Assembly: GCA_002269645.1 (NCBI GenBank)
Contig: NIVC01000167.1
Coordinates: forward strand, 46,877 to 102,628
From: Macrostomum lignano
Lineage: Eukaryota
Length of the DNA: 55,752 nt
Direction of reading: 5' to 3'
Shown here: positions 23,066 to 36,898 of the stretch, piece after piece
How positions within the stretch are numbered: the first letter of the stretch is position 1
Layout: each line of letters opens with the position of its first letter
The notes under the pieces: model-generated
What the model was told of the DNA's origin: nothing
Seen by the model: the letters and a program-made list of their open reading frames with translations, nothing else
Databases searched by the model: none
Made by a program: the position numbers and the translations under genes

Positions 23066-23604
23066 GTGTTTTGGGAGTGTCAAGAGGTGTGCTTTGGGAT
23101 TGTCAAGATGTGTGTTTTGGGATTGTCAAGATGTGTGTTTTGGGAGTGCCAAGAGGTGCGTTTTGGGAGTGTCAAGATGTGTGTTTTGGGAGTGCCAAGA
23201 GGTGTGTTTTGGGAGTGCCAAGAGGTGTGTTTTGGGAGTGTCAAGATGTGTGCTTTGGGAGTGTCAAGATGTGTTTGGGAGTGTCATGATGTGTGTTTTG
23301 GGATTGTCAAGGGGTGTGCTTTGGGAGTGTCAAGATGTGTTTGGGAGTGTCATGATGTGTTTTTGGGAGTGCCAAGATGTGTGTTTTGAGAGTACCAAGA
23401 GGTGTGTTTGGAAGTGCCAACAGGTGTGTTTTGGGAGTGCCAAGAGGTGTGATTTAGGAGTGTCAATACGTCATTTGGAAGTGTCACAAGACGTGAGTTA
23501 GGAGTGCCAATATGTGTGATCTAGGAGTGCTAAGATGTGTGTTTTGGGAGTGCCAAGAGGTTTGTTTTGGGAGTGCCAAGATGTGTGTTTAGGAGTGTCA
23601 AGAT
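23066..23604. repeat. ~24-bp minisatellite GTGTTTTGGGAGTG(T/C)CAAGA(T/G)GT, ~22 copies
   Basis: Direct reading. Confidence 0.9.
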
Positions 23605-24167
23605 GAGATGGGCGCAAACCACAGGATGGAACTAGGTGTATGCATTGGCTATTTTGGCTGGACAATGGAAGAAATTTGAACAGTGATTGTCAGAGCTGCG
23701 CCGGACGCCAGACTCCCCGCAGTCTTTGTTGTCCTATCAACAAAGACTATATCTATAGTTATTTGTCAGCATAAGCTCGTAGAGTCTTGCAAAATTTATT
23801 TAGAGTCAAGTGGAAGATCAACTGCAGTCGCATCAGGCCAAGTCTAATAGACAGAGCATCGAAGTCCAAGGTGTCGCCCACAGAGTAAACAGGCATCTCC
23901 TGCGGAATGTTTGCCGTTCATCAGTCAATTGTGGCAGCATCGAGAATGCGCTAGCAAACTATAACAAAGACCCCCCAAATAGCCTGAAATGCTGCCTGCA
24001 CATTGGGGAGGCACAAGCAGAATCGATCCATCAAATTCCAAGTCCCATAAGTATATTGATTAACATTTTTGTTACAAAATGTATAGTTTATACACGATTC
24101 TGTAAGCATGCCACACTAAATGTCAACTATTGTTATCGTTCTAAGATTTTTGCTGTCTCTTTAATTT

Positions 24168-24464
24168 CCCTACAGCCAATATCTCTAGAGCCAATACAGC
24201 CAATATCCCTACAGCCAATACAGCCAATATCCCTACAGCCAATACAGCCAATATCCCTACAGCCAATACAGCCAATATCCCTACAGTCAATACAGCCAAT
24301 ATCCCTACAGCCAATATCCCTACAGCCAATACAGCCAATATCCCTACAGCCAATATCCCTACAGCCAATATCCCTACAGCCAATATCCCTACAGCCAATA
24401 TCCCTACAGCCAATACCCCTACTGCCAATACAGCCAATATCCCTACAGCAAATATCTTTACAGC
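24168..24464. repeat. Modular 9/15-bp satellite (CAGCCAATA and CAGCCAATATCCCTA)
   Basis: About 20 AGCCAATA copies counted. Confidence 0.9.
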
Positions 24465-25224
24465 TGGCGAGTTGGAAAGACCCTGAGAGGACCACTTCTG
24501 GCTGCTTTTTTGAAGAAATTATAAAACTAAAGGCAGCTTATTTGTCACCTTTTGCTTAGCCTAATAAGCCTGTCTGTCTGGCTGGGCTGCCCACACAGTC
24601 CGGGCAGAAAAAAAACCGAATCATAATAGAAATTTTCACAGCGCATGATTAAAAAACTTCGGGATTCCCTCGAGTGGAAACTTATTCAATGTTGAGAAGT
24701 TTTTGCCAAACAACAAACAAGCCTTCTGTGCCTGTGAGCAAGGGGAACTGCCTTACCTGTATACAAATAAACAGGCGAATGCACAACAATTAAGAGCATT
24801 AAGGGCCCCTGCCGACAGCTTTTTCACTTCTTTTCTTCTTCCATTCTTGCTTCTTCTTTCGGAGCTGTTTTTCTTCTATGCAGCTTTTCCCTCCCTCGGT
24901 TCCCTAATTTCGATCTCCATGTCCCCACTGTTCCCCCTGATTAGCGGGGGGTCCGTCTAAATTAAAACTCATATAGGCTATACATTTCAATAGCTCCCGT
25001 TCTGAGCTCAGTTGGGCCGTGAATAATGGGAGCCAATGCTTCTCCGCATTGTGTTAGGAGAGTTATTTCGGCCCTGTAGCTGTGTGCAGGCAGCCTGTCT
25101 GTCTGTAATGTTCCAAATTCTACGAAATTAAATTTGCCTCAACTTAATTTCATTTGTGGCTGTAAGAGTCAAATGCGTTCAAGGTTGCCAAGCAGGTGTT
25201 TGTACTTTGTAATTCTCAATACAT

Positions 25225-25654
25225 GGCGCCCCTGACTCCAGCATTGGCGCACCCCCTGACTCCAGCATTGGCGCACCCCCTGACCCCAGCATCGGCGCCC
25301 CCTGACCCCAGCATCAGCGCCCCCTGACCCCAGCATTGGCGCCCCTGACTCCAGCATTGGCGCCCCCCTGACTCCAGCATAGGCGCCCCCTGACTCCAGC
25401 ATCGGCGCCCCTGACTCCAGCATTGGCGCCCCTGACCCCAGCATTGGCGCACCCCCTGACTCCAGCATCGGCACCCCCTGACTCCAGCATAGGCGCCCCT
25501 GACTCCAGCATTGGCGCCCCCTGACTCCAGCATTGGCGCCCCTGACTCCAGCATTGTCGCCCCTGACTCCAGCATTGGCGCCCCTGAATCCAGCATTGGC
25601 GCCCCTGACCCGAGCATTGGCGCCCCCGACTCCAGCATTGGCGCCCCTGACCCC
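25225..25654. repeat. ~22-bp minisatellite GCGCCCC(C)TGACTCCAGCATTG, ~19 copies
   Basis: Direct reading. Confidence 0.9.
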
Positions 25655-26158
25655 AATAAAGGAGTCCAAAGCAGTCCGGCAACCGAAAGCCGCACGGCAA
25701 GACACCGCAATGCGGAAGGAAGTGACGGAAGGCAGACAAAAGTCGATTCGGGCGCTGCGATTCAGCAGGAGGGCCGGCCCGGCCTCCCACTGTTTAAGGG
25801 GGTCACCGAAACTCTGTGGAGCTGGCTGCGACTGGACCACATGGCAATCAATGTGTATTATTTTCCCATGGGATCTTTGCATCGCATCGCATGGTCAGTC
25901 AGTCAGTCAGTCCAAAATACGCAGCTTCAACTAATGTCCCGCTGATTTCCAATATTGACAATGATCTCTCATTATGCTATGCCCTCCTTGCCTAGTGGTC
26001 CTCATTAGGCCAGGTACACGCGTATATGTTGGCCTTGTTCCATGCTTTGGCGGCCTGCTCCGCTTCAACCGATGCCTATCATAATGGCGGGGTACTTCAT
26101 CTGTCTCCACAACTCGCAGTCCGCAAAAATCACTCTCAGGTTTGACGTTTGGAATTTA

Positions 26159-26534
26159 GGGAACTGTGAAGCTTAGATATTGTGAAGTTTGGATATTGTG
26201 AAATTTGGGGATTGTGAAGTTCGGGGATTGTAACGGTTGGGAACTGTGCAGTTTGGGGTTTGTGAAGTTTGGGGAATGTGAAGTTTGGGGATTGTGACGG
26301 TTGGGGATTGTGAAGTTTGGGGATTGTGACGGTTGGGGATTGTGACGTTTGGGGGTTGTGAAGGTTGGGGATTGTGAAGGTTGGGGATTGTGAAGGTTGG
26401 GGATTGTGAAGGTTGGGGATTGTGAAGGTTGGGGATTGTGAAGGTTGGGGATTGTGAAGGTTGGGGAATGTGAAGTTTGGGGAATGTGAAGTTTGGGGAA
26501 TGTGAAGTTTGGGGATTGTGAAGGTTGGGGATTG
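26159..26534. repeat. 16-bp satellite TTTGGGGATTGTGAAG, ~23 copies
   Basis: Direct reading; same family as 51500-52140 in opposite orientation. Confidence 0.9.
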
Positions 26535-27599
26535 GAAAACACAGGTGACAGGACCTCCTCAGCTTCCTCAATACGTAATGTATGCCACTGAACAGAAGTA
26601 GTGCAGTATACATAGGCTGCCAAGGTGTGAATTAGCTTTTCAACGACATGACAGCCAACGAGTTAGCTGAAGAAACAATTATATTTATTGTTAACATTAA
26701 TATCGAGGTTATAATTAATTTACAGATGCAACAAGAATCTGCAGTTCATAAAGTGCTCGGGTAAAACATGCAAATTTCAAGCGGAGGGAACCAGTTATTT
26801 GGACTGACAACACGGACATAACGGGGGCGACAATTTTGAAGGAAAGTCTTGACAGGAAATTCGACCCTGTAAAAACACGGCTGATGACAGGACCAGCCAG
26901 CGGATGGTTTCACAGCAGCCACTTTTAAACAACAGCAACAACAAAAATTTGCGAATCTTTTTCAGTCTTCGCAATTGCCGTTGCAGCAGGTGAAAATTGC
27001 AAATGTTTTTCTTTGTTTAAGCCACACTCTGTGCAGTTGCCATGCCGAAGATGTTCGAGTTTCGGAAATTTAGACTATATATGTGGTCATAGGCAGCATA
27101 TTCTTTGGGATCAATGTGGGACACAACTAGGCTGGCTGTGTTCCCTCTGCGCACTTCAGGTGAGCCAACATAGGAGAGGAGAATTCTCCCCTCCTGCGCC
27201 GCTAAAAGCTGTTAGGGTTAACTTAACCTATAAGGAAAAGTTGCTAAAAGACAGAATAAATTAAAACAAAAAATCTTCTTTATGAACCTGAAGGCCTTTA
27301 TAACTGCGCGGGGCCAACACGAGATCAGGCGAGTGGAACACAATGAATACGACTAGAAATCTGGAGGCTACAGTCTTAGACACAGAAAATTGAAAATTAA
27401 TATGCAGATTATATTATTCAAACAGTGCGGGACCAAGAGACTGAACGCCATCTGCTTCGAGGGCACTTAAAGACGCGCGAATAAGCAAAACTTATGGAAA
27501 ATGTTTGCTGTTTAGAAGTTTAAAACAGTTCACTTTGTGTGCACAATTGTTCCGCTCTGCATTTCGCAGCCGCGCTGGAAACAGGGGAGGCTGGAAGCC

Positions 27600-28988
27600 T
27601 CATCTCTGGCTGGGCAGCTGCGGCAACATGCACGGTGGGTACAGCGGAACCCGGAGGAACGGCGCCCAGCCTCCGGCCTGTGCCGCTGCTGCCGCCGCCG
27701 CAGCCGCAGCCACTGCCGCCGAATTCGACGATGTCGCAGCTGTTGGAACGCCGCTCGACGAGGTCGACGACGGCGAGGGCTGCTGCTGCGGCGACTGCGA
27801 CTGAGCAGCTGCAGCGGCTCGGCGGCAGGCCAAGTCCAGCGGGCTGCCGTGGTGCAGCGGGTGCCCGCCAGGCCCGTGGAGCATCGACGATGCTGGCGGA
27901 GGCGGCGGAGGCGGCGGCGGCCCGTGGTGAGGCTGGTGGTAGGCACCAGGCGGCAGATAGCCGGCAGCGGCAGCAGCGGCAGCGGCAGCGGCAAAGCCGA
28001 GCGGATGCGGCGGCGGGTACGGCAGGCGCGGCAGCCCCGGCCATTCCGGGTGGCCGCCGACGCCGCCGATAACTCCGCCAGGACCGACGCCCATTCCGCC
28101 GCCGCCTCCGCCGGTTCCACCGCCGCCGCCGCCGCCTCCGCCAGGCGGAAGGAGGCCGCAGCGCAGGCCGAAAAGGCGCGACCGCTGCAGCGAAGTGGTC
28201 CGCCGGCGCAGCTTGCCGGTGGTGCCGCCGATGTACACATCGTCGCAGGACGGGTCCAGCATCCAGTAGTTGCCCTTGCCCGGGTCGTCGTAGCTCCTCG
28301 GCACCTTGACGAAGCACTTGTTGAGGGACAGGTTGTGCCGGATGGAGTTCTGCCAGCCCTGCTTGTTCTCCCTGTAGTAGGGGAAGTTTCTCACGATGAA
28401 CTCGTAGATGCCGTTGAGGGTGAGCTTCTTCTCTGCGCTGCTCCGGATGGCCATCATGATGAGCGCATTGTAGCTGAAGGGCGGCTTCTCGTGGCCGCGC
28501 GGCCCGTCTTTGCCGGCCTCGCCGTCCGACGATTTTCCAACGCCGGCGGTGGACTCGTCCGGCTTCTCCGAGCCGCCGACGTCTTTGAGCAGCCGCTCCT
28601 CGTCGGTGGCCTCGGCGGCCTCCTCTTCTTCCTCTTCGTCTTCTGCGGCGGCTTCTTCAGTCGCTGTGTTGTCGCCGGATTCCTCAGCGGTTCGTCGGCA
28701 TGGCAGCTTCGAAGCGGCGACCAAATCGTCGTCGTCGTCGTCTTGCGGCGCCCGGCGCCGGAGATGGCGCTGGCGACGCCGAGTGTTGCGCCTCTTGACT
28801 GCCGACTCAGCCCGCGCTGGCGCCGGAAGCTGCGGTGGCGTCGGCAAGGGCGGCAGGCCGCCGTCGCTGTCACTGCAGCCGCCGTCGTCGCCACTGCTGG
28901 CGCCGCTGTCAACGCCGAGCATGTTGCGGATGGAGAAGCTGCTGACAAAGCGGCTCAGCTGCTGCTGCTGCGGGCTGCGCATCGCCAT
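27600..28988 (-). CDS. FOXG1: Forkhead box G transcription factor (BF-1/sloppy-paired class), single exon, 462 aa
   Basis: Forkhead domain [15 protein letters not shown]...[35 protein letters not shown] followed by the FoxG-specific [11 protein letters not shown]; N-terminal eh1 motif FSIRNML. Confidence 0.95.
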   Translation of the reverse strand: MAMRSPQQQQLSRFVSSFSIRNMLGVDSGASSGDDGGCSDSDGGLPPLPTPPQLPAPARAESAVKRRNTRRRQRHLRRRAPQDDDDDDLVAASKLPCRRTAEESGDNTATEEAAAEDEEEEEEAAEATDEERLLKDVGGSEKPDESTAGVGKSSDGEAGKDGPRGHEKPPFSYNALIMMAIRSSAEKKLTLNGIYEFIVRNFPYYRENKQGWQNSIRHNLSLNKCFVKVPRSYDDPGKGNYWMLDPSCDDVYIGGTTGKLRRRTTSLQRSRLFGLRCGLLPPGGGGGGGGGTGGGGGGMGVGPGGVIGGVGGHPEWPGLPRLPYPPPHPLGFAAAAAAAAAAGYLPPGAYHQPHHGPPPPPPPPPASSMLHGPGGHPLHHGSPLDLACRRAAAAAQSQSPQQQPSPSSTSSSGVPTAATSSNSAAVAAAAAAAAAAQAGGWAPFLRVPLYPPCMLPQLPSQR

Positions 28989-29094
28989 AGTTCTGTGACT
29001 GGGATCGGGGAAGATTGCGCTTACCTCCTATGGGAAGAAGGAATTTTCCAGGTGAATCGGAGTGAAGTGTCACCTGGGCTGGGAATTTGGGCGC

Positions 29095-29192
29095 CTTTTT
29101 AGTCTGAAATGCCCGCCCCCTGCGCCGCCCCACCCCGCCCACCTTTAGCTGGCGAGGGCCAATCGGAGAGGCGCGCCAATGAGGCTGGGCGG
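29095..29192 (-). promoter_or_regulatory. Candidate FoxG proximal promoter: GC boxes and CCAAT boxes
   Basis: CCGCCC at 29113, 29125 and 29135, GGGCGG at 29187, CCAAT at 29159 and 29176, all 110-200 bp upstream of the ATG. TSS not determined. Confidence 0.45.
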
Positions 29193-31062
29193 CTTCATCA
29201 GGGCCAGTTGGGTGATGGTGGAGCCAGAGGCTGTGGGAGGGGGTTGGGCAGGCCGCGCCAGTCCCGAGTGCAGGAGAAATCAATGAAAAAAAGATTCTTG
29301 AGAGCAGATAAACAGCAATTTTGTTGGCGGTGAGTCAACTCTTGTTGTTGGATCAAGCATTGCTACTTGTTAGCCGAGAAGCTCACTGCTTCACTCGTTT
29401 CTGAACTTTTCTCTTTGAAATCTCTTAGACGAAAAACATTTACCGTTGCCTACTTTCCCAATGCTTCTTAATTCATTGATCAATTTAACTTTTTAGTGAC
29501 CAGTGAGCTATTAAAAAGCTTTCACAATTCCATTTTTTAAAACCAACCCAACCGTCTGACCTCCAGGATCTCTAAGACTAAAAAGAAAAATGATAAGAAA
29601 TTGAAATCCACATGTTTAATACGCTGTCATTCTTTTTTTACTAAGCTGATAAACCAGGAGTCGGAAAACTCCGGCCTTCGAAGCCTCTCTACCCGGTCCT
29701 CGGGTCCTTTGAAACATCAACATAGCAATCCGGCCGTTCGGGGTCTGTGCCTCTTCTCGGTTCTCTCCTCTCTCCCCTCCTCTCCCCTCTCATCTCTTCG
29801 GGGCGCTTTCATATCTCCAAAATTTCATATCTCCGACACTTCATTCTCAGCTCTCTACTCTCCTCTTTGCCGCGAGCATCCGACAACCTTAGCAACAGAA
29901 GTCAAAGAGGCTGTTAACCTGATATGAACTTTCGGAGATTTGAAACCCTCTATCTCCTATCTCTCCTTTCCTTCCGCATCTTAGCTCTCTCCCTTCTCCT
30001 CTCTTCTCTAATCTATCATCTCTCTCCTTCGTCTCTCTCCTCCATTCCCTCTCCTCTCTCATCTGGCCCGCAGCCATGAGCTGGATTCTTCATCAGGCCT
30101 TGGGGTAAAAAATTTACCCAACCCCCGTGATAACCTATACATATTGGTATTTATACTATAAACGTCCTAAGGGATACAAAATCCATTTTATTACTTCGAT
30201 ATTCTTTAGATTCCGGTATAAATCACAATTTTTAGAATTTTCTGTCTCAAATCAATCAGAACATTCGAATTCGCGGACCAAATTATCCAATTAAAAATAT
30301 GTACAGTTTTTTTAACGAAAAGAATCCCTTCCATCCTCTTGAGTCGGGCGACTCAAAAAAGGGGGAAGTGAGAACGCAGATGAGCTCCCAGGGAATTTGC
30401 CACCTCATATGGGTGCCAACACCACAGCTGCCTGGCCTCACAGTCCATTAGACAAAACAAAATACATTGGGGAGCTGTTAATGCGAAAATGATATATAAA
30501 TGCCCGAGCTCGGGTTGCTGGTGTCTCCATCGCCCCCGCAGGCATGGGGAGGAGAACTGCTCAGCAACCAGAATTACGGCATTGCCAGTTATATAGGCAC
30601 GTTCTGCCGCTATTTATAAACCTCTATCCGTATATGCAAGCAGCCCATGAGAGGGGGTGTTGATTTCATCTGCGGCAAATGTCAAACGCATCACAGTGTA
30701 AGCCGGGTTTACATATAGCTTTAGTACAGAAGCGAGAGTATTATTATGCTATTGTCAAGTTCTCGAGTGTGCAATTAACACTTCTGGCTAAACATTCGAT
30801 CTGTCTGTGTAGCCACTGAACTCCGCTTTATTATATCGAGCCGTCATTAGAGATCGCTAAATTATTACTTTAGTTGGAAATTTAGCATTTCCAGTATCGA
30901 CGAATGACTCAACAATCAATAACAGTTCTAGCTCGAATAGGGCCTTGGCAACAATGGTGGCGCTTACAGATTGCTAACAAATATTTCTGCTATCACCTCT
31001 ATCGAAACACGAGACACTCTGTTTCACATGAATATGACGGCGGATGATGTACTGCAATTATA

Positions 31063-32730
31063 TCAGCTACACCCAGAATGGGGCCCATAGCTCAGCTACA
31101 GTACACCCAGAATGGGGCCCATAGCTCAGCTACAGTACACCCAGAATAGGGCCCATAGCTCAGCTACAGTACACCCAGAATAGGGCCCATAGCTCAGTTA
31201 CAGTACACCCAGAATAGGGCCCATAGCTCAGCTACAGTACACCCAGAATAGGGCCCATAGCTCAGCTACAGTACACCCAGAATAGGGCCCATAGCTCAGC
31301 TACAGTACACCCAGAATAGGGCCCATAGCTCAGCTACAGTACACCCAGAATAGGGCCCATAGCTCAGCTACAGTACACCCAGAATAGGGTCCATAGCTCA
31401 GCTACAGTACACCCAGAATGGCGCCCCATAGCTCAGCTACAGTACACCCAGAATGGCGCCCCATAGCTCAGCTACAGTACACCCAGAATGGCGCCCCATA
31501 GCTCAGCTACAGTACACCCAGAATGGCGCCCCATAGCTCAGCTACAGTACACCCAGAATGGCGCCCCATAGCTCAGCTACAGTACACCCAGAATGGCGCC
31601 CCATAGCTCAGCTACAGTACACCCAGAATGGCGCCCCATAGCTCAGCTACAGTACACCCAGAGTGGCGCCCCATAGCTCAGCTACAGTACACCCAGAATG
31701 GCGCCCCATAGCTCAGCTACAGTACATCCAGAATAGGGCCCATAGCTCAGCTACAGTACACCCAGAATGGCGCCCCATAGCTCAGCTACAGTACACCCAG
31801 AATGGCGCCCCATAGCTCAGCTACAGTACACCCAGAATGGCGCCCCATAGCTCAGCTACAGTACACCCAGAATGGCGCCCCATAGCTCAGCTACAGTACA
31901 CCCAGAATGGCGCCCCATAGCTCAGCTACAGTACACCCAGAATGGCGCCCCATAGCTCAGCTACAGTACACCCAGAATGGCGCCCCATAGCTCAGCTACA
32001 GTACACCCAGAATGGCGCCCCATAGCTCAGCTACAGTACACCCAGAATAGGGCCCATAGCTCAGCTACAGTACACCCAGAATAGGGCCCATAGCTCAGCT
32101 ACAGTACACCCAGAATGGCGCCCCATAGCTCAGCTACAGTACACCCAGAATGGCGCCCCATAGCTCAGCTACAGTACACCCAGAATGGCGCCCCATAGCT
32201 CAGCTACAGTACACCCAGAGTGGCGCCCCATAGCTCAGCTACAGTACACCCAGAATGGCGCCCCATAGCTCAGCTACAGTACACCCAGAATGGCGCCCCA
32301 TAGCTCAGCTACAGTACACCCAGAATGGCGCCCCATAGCTCAGCTACAGTACATCCAGAATAGGGCCCATAGCTCAGCTACAGTACACCCAGAATGGCGC
32401 CCCATAGCTCAGCTACAGTACACCCAGAATGGCGCCCCATAGCTCAGCTACAGTACACCCAGAATGGCGCCCCATAGCTCAGCTACAGTACACCCAGAAT
32501 GGCGCCCCATAGCTCAGCTACAGTACACCCAGAATGGCGCCCCATAGCTCAGCTACAGTACACCCAGAATGGGCCCCATAGCTCAGCTACAGTACACCCA
32601 GAGTGGCGCCCCATAGCTCAGCTACAGTACACCCAGAATGGCGCCCCATAGCTCAGCTACAGTACACCCAGAATGGCGCCCCATAGCTCAGCTACAGTAC
32701 ACCCAGAATGGCACCCCTAGCTCAGCTACA
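31063..32730. repeat. 34/35-bp satellite CCCAGAAT(GGCGCC/AGGGC)CCATAGCTCAGCTACAGTACA, ~48 copies
   Basis: Direct reading; two variants occur in blocks. Confidence 0.95.
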
Positions 32731-35700
32731 AGGCATCACAGACGGGAACCGCAGAATTTTAAAGCTGACAGCAACCTTAAATAATATGTAATAAAAGATG
32801 AGGCACAAATTGATAAATTCGCGCCATTGTTAGACACTTGCAGCCCCCGACACTGCACAAATGTTTGCCCCGATCAAACAACCGCGCGCCCTCCAGCTGC
32901 TCTGTTGGCAAAGGGCCGAGCCGAGGGGTGAACAATGAATGAAAGAAAATAATCGCCCAGGAATTCAGGCGAAAGATAAAAAGGGCGAAGGAAAAAGCAG
33001 AGCCAGTCGATACAAAAAAGGGCGCAACAGACTGATAGACACTCCAAATTGGACGCCAATTAAATTTCCGCCGCATCCAAATTCCAATTAACAAAAAAGC
33101 ATGCAGGCCGGGCGTTGCTAATCCTCTCTAAGCAGGGCCATTGTGCCTCTCCGCGGTATATGGTGTCAGGGATGTTTAGATTCTCCTCTGCGGCACCTCC
33201 TAGCCAAATATTGTCTAAAGAGCGAAGGTATGAAAAGAAAGGAGAGCTAATCGAATTAAACAGGATTACCCAAGACTGTGTCTACCGATATGTTGCGTAT
33301 AAGCCAAAAATCTATGACCTGTAGTTTCCTAACTATTAACAAAAATGTTTTATAAATATCCAAAAGTCGCATTAATCATTTAAATTCTACTTCAGAAACT
33401 AACACAGGATAAAACACTTTCAGGATCTGTATTATCCAACTTTTAAGAGACAGCTAAAAAGGTTGTATTAAGACAGGATATCCCCGCTGGATTGCCGTGC
33501 ACGGACCACAGAGCAGACAAATGGAGGCACAGTTGGAAGACAAATTGCAGGTTCGCGGTCAAATGCTATCAAGCCGGAACCTTATTCAGCTTGACGCAGG
33601 ATGACAGCCAATATTTTCCTTAGACAGCGATACAGATCAGTGTGGGCTAGAAAGTTGTCAAAAATCTGGAGCGCGAGGTGCGAGTGAAAGCGGCCCCGGT
33701 TACCCCCCGATGTTTACACAGGAAAAGAAAATGGCGGAGCTGAGACGGCCAGCAGCCTTCGGGTGCGCGAAGCATTCAAAACGGGATAATCCGCTCGCTC
33801 CCAAGAGGCCTGTTATTTTTAACTCCCAATATAGTTGTATAGCCTGGGATTTCTTCCCAATCGCTCCGCGTATAGAGAGGCAGGTTTGTTTTACAAATTG
33901 GTGTAAATTCGGCAATGCAACGCTTCAAACTACTTGCCCGACAGCCAGCTCGCTCGGCTCCGCATGGATACAAGGCCTCCCGGGACTGCGGCTCGTTTCG
34001 CTGCAAGCCCTCCCCACCTGCTGATCCCGCAGACTGTAAGCTGATAAGTATCAGGCCATGGGAGCGAAAACACGGGCTCTGTGCAGACTCTTTAAGCTGG
34101 GCAGGGCGGTCCGCCTGCAACAACACGCCAGCTGAGTGACGCCCATCAATAACAGCCTAAGCCTGATGTTAGCTGGCGCGTATTAATGCCGCCCGCTCCT
34201 GCCGAGCCGCAATGCCGTCATTATAAAGCCTATGGATACACTGCAAATTGAGCGTTGGAGAGTCACTTACCGGGGTGTAAGGACCCCTGAAACTACGCCT
34301 ATGGACTGGGGCCAGACTTTTAAGCTTCAAAATTTTAATCTATCACGCCGCGCTACATTGTAAAGTTTGGCCATAATGTTTGGAAGTGAAGCTCCGAAGT
34401 GAAGTAAAAATTAATGTGTTCTAATATTAATAATTCTACATTGCAACAGGGGCAGGCAAGATTTTAGTGCTAGTTTGTCATTGCGGAGTTGAGCCTAAAG
34501 ACGAGGATATATGAGCATGAAATAATTGAGCCTCTTCCCCGGCTAGTTTCCAATCCAAGAATTCCGGGAGTCCCTGGAAATCTGCAAAGTTGTGGGGATC
34601 GGTTTTACATTATTGTTAGACAGCATTTAATGAGGCCCGCCCCCGGCTGCTGATTAAGAGAGCAGATAAAGACGGATAGCTTGCAACGGGACCCCCCTCC
34701 ACCCTGCATTTGCATTTCGATTCGGGCCATGCTGGCGGGAGGTAAGAGAAATTGAAAATTCCAGGGACAGCTAGACCGCCCTGACGGCCACTAAAAAGCG
34801 AAATTTCAACAACAAAAATTATGCACGGAAGCGGCTGGTCGCAAACTGACCGATCATAAATGCAGAGTCAGCTGACCCGTCCTCTAATGAGCTCATGCTG
34901 CGGCATTCGGTTGCCCACTAACAGCGGGAGTTGTTAAAGTTGCAGACTGGGGCGAAGCGTCTCCCTGTTCGCGACCCCCTTCGAGATGGATTAAGCAAAG
35001 CCAGACTCGAGAGGCCTCGCCATTCGGCCGTGTGTTTAACAAACATTCAGTCTAATTCGACATTCGAGTTCGAGCCCGGTGAGCCGGGTGCCCACCTGGG
35101 GTGCCTCATTAAGCCAGCAGCTTGAAAACGCGTTGAGGCCCGGAGTCGATGGGGCTAAGAGAGGGGAATCAAATTGGGAAGTGTGAGGATGGGATAAACT
35201 GGGGGACTTATTTAGGGGCCCAGGCACGCACCGAGGGCTGTTGAGTCTGCAGGAGTCTCCAACTCTGGGCCAAGCCGTGTGCCAACAACTCGCGCACACA
35301 AACACCTCCTGCTCAGCGCCAGTCCGGAAAGTCAGGAGCCCCGCCGAGTCCGAGTGTGCCAGGCCGAGCCCCCCCCCCCCTCCAGCGCATGCAAGAATGC
35401 GAGCGTGAGGTCTCCAATTAGGTTGGCGCTGATAATTATGCCAATTGTGCTGGTGCGCCCGCGCCACCATCAGCACACACCAGCCTCCGCTTGGCCCAGT
35501 CAGCCGCGAGCTCCTTCATCGCTTCATCGTCTCAGCCTCCCCCTGCCTGAGTCCACCCGCCCGCACCCACCTCTCAGAAGAGCAGGAGAAGCTAGATTGG
35601 CGTTAAAATCAGAGAGAAAGTCTTAGGGGGAGACACGATGCCGGCTCGAGTATAGGAAATTCGGCACTTAAAGTCGTTCAAGCCTTGCTCAAGTGCGGGT

Positions 35701-36898
35701 CGTGTTGAGTCAGCTGCGGCTCAAGTTGTGCAAAAACACTCCCAACTAACTTGTGACAAGGGACTTCTTCGTTAGGAGGACTTGGCCACTCTCAAACGGT
35801 GGGGATTTTTATTGAAGACCGAAAACGTGTTGGATAAGTCAGGTTGCTTTTGCGATGAGGCGGATTGTACAGCATCGAAGCTTCAGTTTTAGTCCCGGAG
35901 CTGATTTTTAGCTGCTCGCAGAGGACTGACTCTACATGCACAGCGGCCATGACTTTCTAATCGTCAGGCATGTACACTCCCTGTGCCTTGGGGGTCATGG
36001 CAACGTACGAATCGAATCAGTGTGTACTTTGGCGCCGAGCTGGTCCGCCTCCTCTCGCTTCAGTTAAATAATTTTCTTATTGAGACTTTGAAATGTTTGT
36101 CCGAATTCGGAAGAGAACGGCTGCTTGGGGGGAGCTGTCCCACCACGCATAGGAGGCCCAGGTGATGCCAATCTGGTGGCACGCGCCGACGGTCTCACAC
36201 TCGAAGACGGAATTAATTTTGCACCTATCATTAGCGAGGCGGCTTTAGCAAAATGCAATTATAACAGACTATAGAGACGGACGGACATCCCGTTACCATT
36301 ATAGAAAAGTAGCAGTTTTGATGTTGAGACAGATTCCCAACAGTATCCAGTTTCACTCTCCCTCCCTCCCTATTCCCATCCAATTCTGTCCGCGCGCTAA
36401 ACAACTATGGTGCGAATTGTCCCCACTATACAGGCCATGTAGGCATGCAAGGCTTACACAAACTTTGCACAAAACCGAAACGAGATCCTCCGAGGGCGGG
36501 CCCGTCCAGGCCGGCTGTCCGGGGCCTGGTGAAACTCAATCCGCTCGTTTTTTTGTCTCGTCCGTAACTTACCAGAGCCGCCAACCCCACCAGCGCGCGC
36601 CTGTAACCATTATTTTTCCAACGCGATATTGAGACGCGGAGGGCTGCGTGTTTTGTGGCAACGATTTATCATAATGGCTGAGTAGTGCCGACTCAAAATC
36701 ACTCATTATGAGAATGTTATCTCATTGACTCACTGCGTGTTGCATGCGCCCAGCTTTGTGAGTTCAAAGATATTTTTGTCTACAAAAATAAATATCAATA
36801 TTCTCAGAGGAGGCTGTGAGCACCACCCTAGCGCAACGCCTTCGGCAACATGGTCTCACAACCAGCGCTGAGGTAATTCTGTCAGGCATGTACACTCT

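Noticed and set aside
19675-26623. Repetitive ORFs (WRHGAGATVLAPRC, ISLQP, GAPMLES, PNLHNPQ etc.)
   Set aside because: Translations of satellites in multiple frames, with no splice context or unique coding flanks.
27537-29102. 521-aa antisense ORF over FoxG
   Set aside because: Expected stop-poor antisense frame of a very GC-rich CDS with no domain-like content.
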